Assembly (NCBI GenBank): GCA_965220745.1
Contig: CBDCQT010000013.1
Location: 896,001 to 960,000, forward strand
Source of the DNA: Alphaproteobacteria bacterium
GTDB taxonomy: Bacteria > Pseudomonadota > Alphaproteobacteria > UBA828
Length of the DNA: 64,000 bases
Direction: 5' to 3'
Shown here: positions 12,226 through 23,723 of the stretch, in pieces
Numbering within the stretch: position 1 is the stretch's first letter
How the letters are laid out: each line of letters starts with the position of its first letter
Position numbers and translations under genes: made by a program
The notes under the pieces: generated by a model
Databases searched by the model: none
What the model saw: only the letters and a program-made list of their open reading frames with translations
What the model was told of the DNA's origin: nothing

Positions 12226-14693
12226 CCCGCGAACGCCACTACATCCCCGAATCGCGCCAGCGCGAGAAGCCCAAGTCCAAGTACTTCGCCATCGGGCATA
12301 GCATGAAGCGGGTGGAGGACACCCGCCTGCTCACAGGCTCCGGCACCTATGCCGACGACGTGACGCTGCCCAACATGGCGCATGCGGCGGTGTTGCGCAG
12401 CCCCCACGCGCACGCCCGCATCGTGAGCATCGACAAGGCCAAGGCCGAGGCGTTGCCCGGCGTGCTCTGCGTCATGACCGGCGCCGAGGCGGCGGAGGTG
12501 ACGGGGCCCTGCGCGGATTTCTCCAGCCCGCCCACGACGCAGCACTGCATCGCCGTGGACAAGGTGCGCCACGTAGGCGAGGCGGTCGCCGCCGTGGTAG
12601 CGGAGAGCCGCTACATCGCCGAGGACGCCTGCGAGCTGATCGAGGTAGAGTACGATCCGCTGCCTGCGGTGGTCGACCTCGAAGAGGCGGTGACCTCCAC
12701 TGGCGATGCCGTGCTCCATCCCGAGCGGGGCGACACCAACGTGGCACACCACCGCGTCATCGACTTCGGCACGGTGGACGAGGATTTCGCCGCCGCCGAT
12801 CTGGTGATCGAGCGCAGGCTGCGCTGGCCGCGCTCCGGCGGCACGCCCATCGAGACCGTCGGCGCCACCGCGCATTACGACCGCGGCACGGGCAAGTTCA
12901 CGATCCATGCCAACACGTCGATGTACAACTATGTCGGCTGGCTGATCGCGGTCTCGCTCAAGGTCGAGCCCCACCGGCTCAACATCGTGCCGACGGATGC
13001 CGGCGGCAGCTTCGGCAGCAAGCTCTTCTGCCACAAGGTCTGCACCCTGGCGGGCACGCTCGCCCGCGCCGCGGGCCGGCCGGTCAAGTATCTGGAAGAC
13101 CGCATCGACAACATGACCAGCGGCGACGCCCACGGGTCGGACCGCGTCTACGACGCCCAGCTCGCGCTGAAGCGCGACGGCACCATGCTGAGCATGCGGC
13201 TCAAGGTGATCGACGATTACGGCGCCTACTTCCAGTACGGCGTCGGCCAGCACGGCAACGCCATGGCGCAGGTAACCGGCCCCTACAAGATCAACAGCGT
13301 CCAGGTCGATCTCACCGCCGTGTTCACGAACAAGTGCCAGCAGGGGGCCTATCGCGGCTTCGGCTCTGAGGTCGGCAACTTCGTGATCGAGCGCCTGGTC
13401 GATGCCGCTTGCGAAGAGCTCGACATCGACCCCATCGAGATGCGCCGGCAGAACCTGATCGAGCAGGACCAGTTCCCCTACATCATGCCGACCGGCAACA
13501 TGTACGACAGCGGCAACTACCAGGCCGTGCTCGACGAGGCGCTCGGCATGATCGACATTGACGGCTGGCGGGCGAAGCAGGCCGAGGCGCGCAAGGAGGG
13601 CCGCTACATCGGCATCGGCATCTCCACCTGCCAGGAGCGGAGCGTCTTCAGCGCCACCGAGTTCTGGATGTGGAACCCGAACGAGACCCCGGGCTTCACG
13701 CTCTCGAGCTCGCCGGAGAGTGTGTCCGTCAACATCGACCCCACCGGCAAGGCTTTCATCACGCTGAACGCGCCCTTCTGGGGCAACAGTCCGGAGACGA
13801 TGGCGGTCCAGGTGCTGGCCGAGAAGCTGGAGATGGACCCGTCGGACATCTCCGTCGGCTATGCCGATTCCGACAAGGGCTTCAACTCGTCGGGGCCGGG
13901 CGGCAGCCGCTTCACCGTGATGATCGCAGGCGCGGTGAGCGGCGCCGCCGACGTGATCAAGGAGAAGATGCTGCGCGTCGCGAGCCATATGCTGGAGGCT
14001 GACCCGAGCGATCTCGAATTCCGCAACGGCTCCATCGGGGTCCAGGGCGTGCCCGGCAAGGAGAAGACCCTGGCCGAGGTGGCGCTCCACGCTCACTACT
14101 TCAGGTTGGACCTGCCGGAGGACCACGACCTCACCAGCGGCATCGACGCGGCCTACGTCTACGACCATCCGGTCACCACCATGCCGTCGGAGGACCGCAC
14201 CGACCTCGGCATCTTCTATCCGATCGTCGGCCACATGTGTCACATCCCGGTGGTGGAGGTGGATGCCGAGACCGGCAAGGTCGATTTTCTCGACTACGTG
14301 GCGGTCCACGACTGCGGCACCATGGTCAACCCGATGACGCTGGCCGGCCACGTGCGGGGCGGCACCGTGAACGGCATCGGCAGTGCCCTCTACGAGCACT
14401 TCCACTATGACGAGAACGGCCAGCTGCAGAACGCGCTCTTGAGCGACTATCTGCACCCGACGCTGATGGAGACGCCGGTCGATATCCGCGTGGGCCACGT
14501 GGAGACGCCGTCCCCCTTCACCGAATACGGCATCAAGGGCGGCGGCGAGGGCGGGCGCATGGGCGCCCCGCCCGCCATCGCCGCGGCGGTGGAAGACGCG
14601 CTCAAGCCCTTGGGCGTCAAGGTGGACTCGCTCCCGCTCACGCCCAAGGTGCTACGCGGCATGATCCGCGAGGCGGAGGCGAACGGGGGCTGA
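12222..14693 (+). CDS. Xanthine dehydrogenase family molybdopterin-binding large subunit, module 1
   Basis: KRVEDTRLLTG, LRSPHAHA, GGSFGSK, GAYRGFG, HDCGTMVNP and GIKGGGEGG with the catalytic Glu. ATGA overlap with the small subunit. Confidence 0.93.
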   Translation: MTRERHYIPESRQREKPKSKYFAIGHSMKRVEDTRLLTGSGTYADDVTLPNMAHAAVLRSPHAHARIVSIDKAKAEALPGVLCVMTGAEAAEVTGPCADFSSPPTTQHCIAVDKVRHVGEAVAAVVAESRYIAEDACELIEVEYDPLPAVVDLEEAVTSTGDAVLHPERGDTNVAHHRVIDFGTVDEDFAAADLVIERRLRWPRSGGTPIETVGATAHYDRGTGKFTIHANTSMYNYVGWLIAVSLKVEPHRLNIVPTDAGGSFGSKLFCHKVCTLAGTLARAAGRPVKYLEDRIDNMTSGDAHGSDRVYDAQLALKRDGTMLSMRLKVIDDYGAYFQYGVGQHGNAMAQVTGPYKINSVQVDLTAVFTNKCQQGAYRGFGSEVGNFVIERLVDAACEELDIDPIEMRRQNLIEQDQFPYIMPTGNMYDSGNYQAVLDEALGMIDIDGWRAKQAEARKEGRYIGIGISTCQERSVFSATEFWMWNPNETPGFTLSSSPESVSVNIDPTGKAFITLNAPFWGNSPETMAVQVLAEKLEMDPSDISVGYADSDKGFNSSGPGGSRFTVMIAGAVSGAADVIKEKMLRVASHMLEADPSDLEFRNGSIGVQGVPGKEKTLAEVALHAHYFRLDLPEDHDLTSGIDAAYVYDHPVTTMPSEDRTDLGIFYPIVGHMCHIPVVEVDAETGKVDFLDYVAVHDCGTMVNPMTLAGHVRGGTVNGIGSALYEHFHYDENGQLQNALLSDYLHPTLMETPVDIRVGHVETPSPFTEYGIKGGGEGGRMGAPPAIAAAVEDALKPLGVKVDSLPLTPKVLRGMIREAEANGG

Positions 14694-14907
14694 CGTAGCC
14701 TCCGCATCTAGCCTTTTCGGCGGCTGTCGTCAGGGGTCGCCGACGCTCCATCGCTTTTACCGGGCAACTAGTCCGAAGGAAACCTGTTCTGAGACGGTAA
14801 TCGCCTCACAGTTTGGCCGGCGCCGGCGCGCGACCATCAGGAATCGTGTACGCCGGCTCGACTTCGAGCAACCTGTGCCAATGCAATTCTACCTCTTCCA
14901 CCCTACT

Positions 14908-16047
14908 CTATTCGCTTCCTCTGCTCACTTCTTCCTTCGCATTGCGCGCGTACTCCATGAATTCTTTGGTAAGAGACCCTCTCTTGCGATCCAATTCATG
15001 CAACGCATCTAAAAGGCCGACAGTTGCACGAAACACAGATTTTATCATTTCTACTCTAGCATCATAACTGCTCGTAGTTGATACGTCTAAGTCATCAATG
15101 ACCCTTCTTAGACAGTTTATCCATCGCTCTTTATCGACGTCGTTCGATGAGAGCAACTCTCCAAAATTGCCGAAACCAATCACTTCAAACCTCCTACTTC
15201 CATCTCTTATTTCCGTAATTATTAAGTCTCCTACAGCAGATTGAAAATCGCGATATATCCAAGCTTCTCTGATGGAAACGGCTCGAATTGCCTCCTCACA
15301 CTTTTCTCCTATTTCGTTGTCCTTTAGAGCCTTTTCTGACAGCTTTTCTTCGAATACCGCGTGCAACTCGCGGCACAGCTTTAGTCTCTGCGTGATATCA
15401 TCTATCTTCTCAGCCGTTGTTACCTTACTCCCGTGCAAATACTTCTGTAGTACTCTATCGATACTTACACCTATCTCTGATTTAGTGCATTCTTTCAAAT
15501 CGTTATTGTTTATGGATTGTATCCCCCACACGGAAGCAAGAGCATCAACTCTTTGAGTCTCCACATGAGCGCCATCCGCGAGAGCCCTTTCAAACTCCTG
15601 AATGGCTTCCACCCAGCCTCTTAGTTTCTTGGGATTGCTAAGTGAGAAAAAGGTAAGCTCCCTATGGTATGCTCGAAGCCAGCCGATTACAGCGGCTATT
15701 CTATACAATGTGCTATCGTATTTGTACTGGCCGAAGTCTGTGATTCTCTCGCTCTCAATCAGAAATGAACCTCGGCCCTCTTTGCGAAGTATTTCGTCTA
15801 GGCGCCAAAACAAGCTAGAAGAGGCCAATATTATAGGGTCCGCGTAATGGCGGTAAATTACGAGAGCATTCTTTCGTCTTCGACGTTCGTCTTGCCATAC
15901 AAACAGAGGAACTTCCTTCAGGATAAGTAGAATAAGCGCAAAGAAGGATGTAACCAGAGCGGCCAATACTGCCGCATCCGGTAAGGCGAATTGGCTAGCC
16001 ATGAGTTGGAGTTCTCCGTTTGCGGTAGATGTTGGAGACTGAGCCAT
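14908..16047 (-). CDS. Hypothetical protein, AT-rich, with one N-terminal transmembrane helix
   Basis: 379-aa open frame in markedly AT-richer DNA. Hydrophobic AAVLAALVTSFFALILLIL followed by basic ERRRRK. No recognised catalytic motif. Confidence 0.75.
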   Translation of the reverse strand: MAQSPTSTANGELQLMASQFALPDAAVLAALVTSFFALILLILKEVPLFVWQDERRRRKNALVIYRHYADPIILASSSLFWRLDEILRKEGRGSFLIESERITDFGQYKYDSTLYRIAAVIGWLRAYHRELTFFSLSNPKKLRGWVEAIQEFERALADGAHVETQRVDALASVWGIQSINNNDLKECTKSEIGVSIDRVLQKYLHGSKVTTAEKIDDITQRLKLCRELHAVFEEKLSEKALKDNEIGEKCEEAIRAVSIREAWIYRDFQSAVGDLIITEIRDGSRRFEVIGFGNFGELLSSNDVDKERWINCLRRVIDDLDVSTTSSYDARVEMIKSVFRATVGLLDALHELDRKRGSLTKEFMEYARNAKEEVSRGSE

Positions 16048-16227
16048 TGGTGAAGTGTTCGGTTAGTGGAGGGAATGACTTGGGTGGAGAGGGGTTGGGA
16101 TCAGAGCGCGTACTTGTCCCTTAGCTCCTGTTGCTACGCTGCGCGGGACTGATATTGTGGAGGACGGTCGGGACACGCAAGTAAAGGATTGCCGCCAAGA
16201 AGAGCGGCGCGCTTGGGGGAGGGGGCC

Positions 16228-18597
16228 ATGTACGTCGGTCAGGCGATTCGGCGCCGGGAGGACGAGCGCTTCCTTCGGGGGCGCGGCCGCTTCGTTGAGG
16301 ACATCACCCTCGATCAGCCCATAGCCCACGCCGCCTTCGTTCGCAGCCCCCATGCCCATGCCGCAGTGACGCGCGTCGAGACCGCGCAGGCCGCGGCCAT
16401 GCCGGGGGTGCTCGCGGTGCTCACCGGCGCGGACTGGACCGCGGCTGGCCACGGCGAGGCCGAGGGCGTCTGGCCGGTCAAGGACATGAGTGGTGCGGAC
16501 TCGCGCACCGCCTACCGGCCGCTTATCTGCGTCGATGGCGTGGTTCGCTGCGTGGGCGAGATCGTCGCCATGGTGGTCGCCGAGGACCGCCACCAGGCCC
16601 TCGATGCCGCCGAGGTCATCGAGGTCGATTACGAGGAGAAGCCGGCCAACACGATCACGGCCAGGGCGCTCGATCCCGACACCCCGCTCGTGCATCCCGC
16701 CTTCGGCACCAATGAGGTGATGGTCACCGAGCACGGCCTGAAGGAGGAGACCGAGGCGGCGCTCGCGAACGCGCATCACGTGACCGAGGTCGTGGTGCCC
16801 ACCAACCGCGTCACCGCCGCCTCGATGGAGCCCCGCGCGTACCTGGGCCACTACGACCAGGTCAACGACCGCTACACGGTGTGGACCACCAACCAGGCGC
16901 CGCACATCGTGCGCCGCTACTTCACCAAATCGCTGCACATTCCCGAGCACAAGCTCAGGGTGATCGCGCCAGATGTCGGCGGCGGCTTCGGGATGAAGCT
17001 CTACCACTATCCCGAGGAGGGGCTGGTGCTGTGGGGCGCGATCGTCTGCGACCGGCCCGTGCGCTGGGTGGGCACGCGCTCCGAGTGCCTGCTGGGGGAC
17101 ACGCACGCCAGGGACCACTACACCGTGGGCCGCATGGGCTTCGACGAGAACGGCAAGATTCTCGGCGTGAAGTTCGAGACCCTTGCCGCCTTCGGCGCCT
17201 ACGAGAGCCAGTGGCAGGCGAGCATCACCAACGCCTATCACTTCACCATGCTCTCGCTCGCCTACGACATCCCGGCGATCCATACCCAGGTGCGCGCGGT
17301 CTACACCAACGCGACTCCGGTGGACGCCTACCGCGGCGCGGGCCGGCCCGAAGCCGTCTATCAGGTCGAGCGCATGATCGAGAACGGCGCCCAGGAGATG
17401 GGCATCGACCCGCTGGAGCTGCGCGCGCGCAACCTGATCCCGCCTGAGAAGTTTCCGTACCAGACCGCTCTCGGCATCACCTACGATTCCGGCGACCCGC
17501 CGGTGCTCATGGAGAAGATCAAGGCGCTCGCCGCCTACGACGCGCTCCGTGCCGAACAGGCCAAGCTCAGGGCGGACGGCCAGTGGATGGGCATCGGCAT
17601 TTCGGCCTTCTTCGACATGGCCGGCGCCGGCCCAGTGAAGATGATGAACGACCTCGGCGCCAAGGTCGGCTGCTACGACGTGGCCAGCGTCCGCGTGCAC
17701 CCGGACGGGCGCATCACCGTGTTCGCCGGCAGCCACAGCCACGGGCAGGGCCACGAGACCACCTGGAGCCAGATCGCGGCCGACCGCCTCGGCTGCGACA
17801 TCGACCACATCGACCTGGTGGAGGGCGATACCGACCGCGTGCCCATGGGGATCGGCACCTGGGGCTCGCGGTCGCTTTCCACCGCCGGCATGGCGGTCTA
17901 CACCGCCGCCGACCGGGTGGTGGCGAAGGCCAAGCGCATGGCGGCGCACATGATGGAGTGCGCGCCCGAAGACCTCGACCTCGCCGATGGCGAATTCACG
18001 GTCAAGGGGACGGACCGCAAGCTCTCGTTCGCGGCCGTGGCCAACGCCTCCTACCATTCCGGCGACCGTCCGTCCGATCTGGAGATCGGCCTGGAGGAGA
18101 CCTCGTTCTTCGACCCCGCCGATTGCACCTATCCTTCGGCCATCCACCTCTGCGTCGTGCTCGTCGATCCCGAGACCTGCGCGGTGACGCTCCGCAACTA
18201 CTGGGCGGTGGACGACGTCGGCACCGTCATCAACCCGATGGTGCTGCACGGGCAGGTCCACGGCGGGCTGGTCCAGGGCATCGGCCAGGCGTTGATGGAG
18301 GAATGCGCCTACGATGCCGAGAGCGGCCAGTATCTCTCGGGCACCTTCATGGATTACGCCATACCCCATGCGGAGGACGTGCCGTCTTTCGGCCTCGATG
18401 CGCATTTCACGCGGGCGCTGGGCAACCCGCTTGGGGCCAAGGGGGCGGGAGAGAGCGGCACCATCGGCGCGCCGGCCTGCATCTGCAACGGGGTGGTCGA
18501 CGCGCTCTGGCATCTCGGCGTGCGGCAGATCACGCAGCCGATGACGCCCAGGAAGATCTGGCGTGCCATCGAGGACGCGAAGCGGGCGCAGCACTAG
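16228..18597 (+). CDS. Molybdenum hydroxylase large subunit, form II CoxL-like
   Basis: RREDERFLRG, DVGGGFGMK, active-site loop DAYRGAGRPEA, HSHGQGHETT, GTWGSRS and GAKGAGESG. Confidence 0.92.
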   Translation: MYVGQAIRRREDERFLRGRGRFVEDITLDQPIAHAAFVRSPHAHAAVTRVETAQAAAMPGVLAVLTGADWTAAGHGEAEGVWPVKDMSGADSRTAYRPLICVDGVVRCVGEIVAMVVAEDRHQALDAAEVIEVDYEEKPANTITARALDPDTPLVHPAFGTNEVMVTEHGLKEETEAALANAHHVTEVVVPTNRVTAASMEPRAYLGHYDQVNDRYTVWTTNQAPHIVRRYFTKSLHIPEHKLRVIAPDVGGGFGMKLYHYPEEGLVLWGAIVCDRPVRWVGTRSECLLGDTHARDHYTVGRMGFDENGKILGVKFETLAAFGAYESQWQASITNAYHFTMLSLAYDIPAIHTQVRAVYTNATPVDAYRGAGRPEAVYQVERMIENGAQEMGIDPLELRARNLIPPEKFPYQTALGITYDSGDPPVLMEKIKALAAYDALRAEQAKLRADGQWMGIGISAFFDMAGAGPVKMMNDLGAKVGCYDVASVRVHPDGRITVFAGSHSHGQGHETTWSQIAADRLGCDIDHIDLVEGDTDRVPMGIGTWGSRSLSTAGMAVYTAADRVVAKAKRMAAHMMECAPEDLDLADGEFTVKGTDRKLSFAAVANASYHSGDRPSDLEIGLEETSFFDPADCTYPSAIHLCVVLVDPETCAVTLRNYWAVDDVGTVINPMVLHGQVHGGLVQGIGQALMEECAYDAESGQYLSGTFMDYAIPHAEDVPSFGLDAHFTRALGNPLGAKGAGESGTIGAPACICNGVVDALWHLGVRQITQPMTPRKIWRAIEDAKRAQH

Positions 18598-18624
18598 GCC
18601 GGGAGCAATCGCGGGGGAGAGGCG

Positions 18625-19098
18625 ATGGCAGGGGTTTCAGTAACCTTCAGCGTGAACGACCGGGAAGTCACGGCGACGGTTGATCCACGCACCCTCCTGG
18701 TCCACTTCCTGCGCGAGCATCTCAAGCTCACGGGCACCCATATCGGCTGCGACACGAGCCAGTGCGGCGCCTGCACGGTGCACCTGGACGGCAGGCCGGC
18801 GAAATCCTGCGCGCTGCTGGCGGTGCAGATGGAGGGTGCCGAAGTGACCACCATCGAAGGGGTCGCCGGGCCGGACGGAATGCACCCGATGCAGGCCGCC
18901 TTCAAGGAGCATCACGGCCTGCAATGCGGCTTCTGCACTCCCGGCATGGTGATGATGGGGATCGACATCGCGAACCGCCACGAGGCGCCGGACGAGGCGA
19001 CCATCCGCCGCGAGCTGGAAGGCAACCTCTGTCGATGTACGGGCTACCACAACATCGTCGCGTCGATTGCGGCCGGCGCGAGTTCGATGCGGGGCTAA
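18625..19098 (+). CDS. [2Fe-2S] subunit (CoxS-like), module 2
   Basis: [24 protein letters not shown] and [13 protein letters not shown]. Confidence 0.95.
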   Translation: MAGVSVTFSVNDREVTATVDPRTLLVHFLREHLKLTGTHIGCDTSQCGACTVHLDGRPAKSCALLAVQMEGAEVTTIEGVAGPDGMHPMQAAFKEHHGLQCGFCTPGMVMMGIDIANRHEAPDEATIRRELEGNLCRCTGYHNIVASIAAGASSMRG

Positions 19099-19110
19099 GG
19101 AGAGGGGGCG

Positions 19111-19914
19111 ATGTATCCGTTCACCTACCACCGGCCTGCCTCGCTCGACGACGCCAAGGCCCGCCTCGCCGCGAGTGAGGACGGCCGCCCGCTCGCCGGC
19201 GGCATGAGCCTGCTCCCGACCATGCGCTTCCGCCTCACCTCGTGTGCGGACCTGGTCGATCTCAACGGCATCGAGTCGCTGGCCGGGATCGAGCGGGGAG
19301 ACGGTCACGTGCGGATCGGCGCGATGACGCGGCACGTAGCGGTCGCGGAGTCAGCAGAGGTGGGGGAGGCGATCCCGGCGCTTGCGGCGCTCGCGGGCTC
19401 GATCGGCGACGTGCAGGTGCGCAATCGCGGCACCATCGGCGGCTCGATCTGCTTCGCCGACCCGGCGGCGGACTACCCGGCCGGCCTGCTCGGCCTCGGC
19501 GCCACGGTCAACACCGACCGGCGCGCCATCGCCGCCGACGATTTCTTCACCGGGCTCTACGAGACCGCGCTGGAGGATGGCGAGATCGTGGTCTCGGTCG
19601 ATTTCCCAGTGCCTGAACGCGCGGGCTGGGCCAAGTTCGGCAACCAGGCTTCGCGGTTCGCGATCGTCGCGGTGATGGTATCGCAGGCTGCGGGCGGCGC
19701 TGTGCGCCTCGCGGTGACCGGCGCCAAGTCCCACGTCTTTCGCATGACGGAGATGGAGCAGGCGCTCGCTGGAGACTTTTCCGCAGAGGCCCTCGACGGC
19801 ATCGCGATTCCGAGCGAGGGGCTCAACGAGGACCTTCATGCCGATAAGGACTACCGCGCCCACCTCGTCGGCGTGATGGCGAAGCGCGCCGTCCGCGACG
19901 CCCCCGCACGATGA
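19111..19914 (+). CDS. FAD-binding subunit (CoxM-like), module 2
   Basis: MYPFTYHRP, LAGGMSLLPTM, VRNRGTIGGS and YRAHLVGVMAKRA. Confidence 0.93.
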   Translation: MYPFTYHRPASLDDAKARLAASEDGRPLAGGMSLLPTMRFRLTSCADLVDLNGIESLAGIERGDGHVRIGAMTRHVAVAESAEVGEAIPALAALAGSIGDVQVRNRGTIGGSICFADPAADYPAGLLGLGATVNTDRRAIAADDFFTGLYETALEDGEIVVSVDFPVPERAGWAKFGNQASRFAIVAVMVSQAAGGAVRLAVTGAKSHVFRMTEMEQALAGDFSAEALDGIAIPSEGLNEDLHADKDYRAHLVGVMAKRAVRDAPAR

Positions 19915-20768
19915 AACCCGCTCGCTTCCGCTACCTGCGCGCCGCCAGTGTGGACGATGCGCTGCAGGCGCTCGCCGACAACCCCGACGCGCAAATTCTG
20001 GCCGGCGGCCAGAGCCTGATCGCCATGATGAACCTCAGGCTGGTGAAGCCCGCCTGCCTGATCGACATCAACCGGATTTCGAATATCGGACACATCGATG
20101 AAGACGGCGACGGCGTCGCCATCGGCGCGCTGGCTCGGCACAACGATGTGAAGCACTCGCCGCTGATCCGGGAGCGCTGCCCGCTGCTGACCGAGGCTTA
20201 CGAGTCGATCGCGCACCACACTGTGCGCAATCGCGGCACGCTCGGCGGCAATCTTTGCCACGCCGATCCCTCGTCGGAGACGCCGGCGGTGATGGTGGCG
20301 ATGGGTGCCACGTTGGTGCTGCAGAGCGTGCACGGCAGGCGCGAGGTCGGGGCGCAGGATTTCTTCCTCGGCACCTACGAAACGGCGCGGCAGCAGGACG
20401 AGATGCTGGTCGAGATTCGCATTCCCGGTCGCGGTGCCGATGGCTGGGCCTTCGCCGAGATCAGCAACCGGCACGGCGACTTCGCCATCGCCGTGATCGC
20501 GACGACGCTGCGGCTCGCGAACGGGAGCTGCGAGGCGGCCCGCGTTGTGGTGAGCGGGGTCGGCGAGCACGCTGCGCGGCTCAGGCCAGCGGAGGATGCG
20601 CTCATCGGCGGGCCGATCGACGATGCGCGCCTCGATGCCGCTGCGGCAGCCGCCGCGGGCGCGGTCGATCCGCACAGCGACAGCCATGCCGATGCCGCCT
20701 ATCGGCGGGACGCGATTGCTGCGCTGACCAAGCGGACCGTGCGCCGGGCCGCCGAGCGCTGCGGCTGA
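19911..20768 (+). CDS. FAD-binding subunit (CoxM/CutM-like), module 3
   Basis: MKPARFRY, LAGGQSLIAMMNLR and VRNRGTLGGNLCHADP. ATGA overlap with the preceding gene. Confidence 0.93.
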   Translation: MKPARFRYLRAASVDDALQALADNPDAQILAGGQSLIAMMNLRLVKPACLIDINRISNIGHIDEDGDGVAIGALARHNDVKHSPLIRERCPLLTEAYESIAHHTVRNRGTLGGNLCHADPSSETPAVMVAMGATLVLQSVHGRREVGAQDFFLGTYETARQQDEMLVEIRIPGRGADGWAFAEISNRHGDFAIAVIATTLRLANGSCEAARVVVSGVGEHAARLRPAEDALIGGPIDDARLDAAAAAAAGAVDPHSDSHADAAYRRDAIAALTKRTVRRAAERCG

Positions 20769-20781
20769 AGAGGGGCGCACC

Positions 20782-21260
<479 letters not shown>

Positions 21261-21264
<4 letters not shown>

Positions 21265-23723
21265 CCGATCGCGGCCACATCCCCGAGAGCCGGCAGCGCG
21301 AGAAGCCGCGCGCCGACCTGCAATGGATCGGCAAGAGCATGAAGCGGGTGGAGGACCCGCGCCTCCTCGTCGGCAAGGGCATCTATGCCGACGACATCAA
21401 CATGCCGGAGATGGCGCACGCCGCCGTGCTGCGCAGCCCCCACGCCCATGCACGGATCGTCTCCATCGACGTGAGCAAGGCGGCCGCGCTCCCCGGCGTG
21501 CTCTGCGTGATGACCGGCGCCGATGCGGCGCAAGTCTGCGATCCGCTGCCCACATGGGCGAGCCCGCCGGTGCTCCAGCCCGCGATCGCTCACGATCGCG
21601 TGCGCCATGTTGGCGAGGCGGTGGCAGCGGTGGCGGCGGAGGATCGCTACATCGCCGAGGATGCCTGTGACCTGATCGAGGTCGAGTACGAGCCGCTGCC
21701 TCCTGTCGTGGATCCCGAGGAGGCGCTGACATCCACGGGCGATGCCGTGCTGCATCCCGAGCGCGGCGACACCAACATCGGGCTCGAGCGCACGCTCTCC
21801 TTCGGGCCGGTGGAGGAGGATTTCGCCGCCGCCGACCTGGTGATCGAGCGCCGCTTCCGCTGGCCGCGTTCGGGCGGACAGCCGCTGGAGACGGTGGGCG
21901 CGGTCGCGAGCTTCGACGACGGCGCGGGGCGTTTCACAATCCAGTGCAACACCTCGATGTACAACTATTGCGGCTGGATGATCGCGAGCACGCTCCGCGT
22001 CGCGCCTCACAAGCTCAACATCGTGCCGACGCTCGCGGGCGGCAGCTTTGGCAGCAAGATGTTCGTCCACAAGGTCCCGGTGCTGGCGGCGGTGCTGGCG
22101 CGCGCGGTGGGACGGCCGGTCAAGTTCATGGAAGACCGGATCGACAACACCACGAGCTGCGATAACCACGCGTCCGACCGGGTCTACTACGCCAAACTCG
22201 CGCTCAATCGGGACGGCACGCTGCTCAGCCTGATGACCCGAATCATCGACGATTACGGCGCCTATCTGCAGTTTGGCGTGGGCCAGCATGGCAACGCGCT
22301 CTCGCAATGCGTAGGCCCCTACCGCATCAACAGCGTCGAGGTCGACCTCGCCGCCGTGCTCACCAACAAGTGCCAGCAGGGCGCCTATCGCGGCTTCGGC
22401 TCCGAGGTGGCGAACTTCGTCATCGAGCGACTAGTGGACGCGGCGGCGGACGAGCTCGGAGTCGACCGGATCGCGCTCCGGCGGCAGAACTTCATCCAGC
22501 CCGACCAGTTCCCCTACCTGATCCCGACCGGGAACATGTACGACAGCGGCAACTATCAGGCGGTCCTCGACGAGACCCTAAAGTTGGCCGACGTGGAGGG
22601 CTGGCGGGCGAAGCAGGCCGAGGCGCGGGCGCAGGGCCGATACATCGGCATCGGCGTCGCCACCTGCCAGGAGCGGAGCGTCTTCAGCGCCACCGAGTTC
22701 TGGATGTGGAACCTGGAGCCCGGCGTCGAGTGGACCAGCTCGCCCGACGGGGTCTCGGTCAAGATCGACCCTACCGGCAAGGCCTTCGTCACCCTGCACT
22801 CACCCTTCTGGGGCAACAGCCCGGAGACGGTGGCAGCGCAAGTGCTGGCCGAGCAGCTCACCATCGATCCGGCTGACATCGAGATCACCTATTCGGACAC
22901 CGACCAGGGCCTCAACTCGACCGGGCCGGGCGGCAGCCGGTTCACCGTCATGGTGACCGGCGCCATCGTCGGTGCCGCCGGCAAGATCCGCGAGAAGCTG
23001 CTCCGCATCGCCGCCCATCTGATGGAGGCCGATGTTCGCGATCTCACGCTTGAGGACGGTGCCGTGCACGTCAAAGGCGTGCCCGACATGAAGATGAGCA
23101 TCGCCGAGCTTGCCGACAAGGCGCACTACTACCGGCTCAGCATGCCCGAGGATCTCGACCTCACCAGCGGGCTCGACGCCACCTATGTCTACGACCACCC
23201 GGTGACCACGCTCCCGGACCCCGACGAGCGGCACATGGGCATCTTCTATCCGATCATGGGCCACAGCTGTCACATCCCCGTGGTCGAGGTGGATATCGAG
23301 ACCGGGCAGGTGCACTTCCTCCACTACGCCGCCGTGCACGACTGCGGCACGATGGTGAACCCGATGACGCTGGAGGGGCACATCAGAGGCGGCACGGTGA
23401 ACGGGATCGGCACGGCGCTCTTCGAGGAGTTCAGCTACGACGAGGCCGGCCAGCTGACCACCGCGCTCTGGACCGATTACCTAATCCCGACCATCAAGGA
23501 GTCGCCGGCCGACATCGTCGTGGGCCACGTGGAGACGCCGTCTCCGTTCACCGAGTACGGTGTGAAGGGCGGCGGAGAGGGCGGGCGCATGGGCGGCCCG
23601 CCGGCGATCGCGGCGGCCATCGAGGACGCGCTCAAGCCCCTGGGCGTCACCATCGACAGCCTGCCGCTGCCGCCGAGCAAGCTCCGCGCCCTCATCCGCG
23701 AGGCTCAGGCGCGTAGCGCTTGA
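21261..23723 (+). CDS. Xanthine dehydrogenase family molybdopterin-binding large subunit, module 3
   Basis: Same motifs as 12222-14693 (GGSFGSK, GAYRGFG, GVKGGGEGG) and collinear with it over the whole length. Confidence 0.93.
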
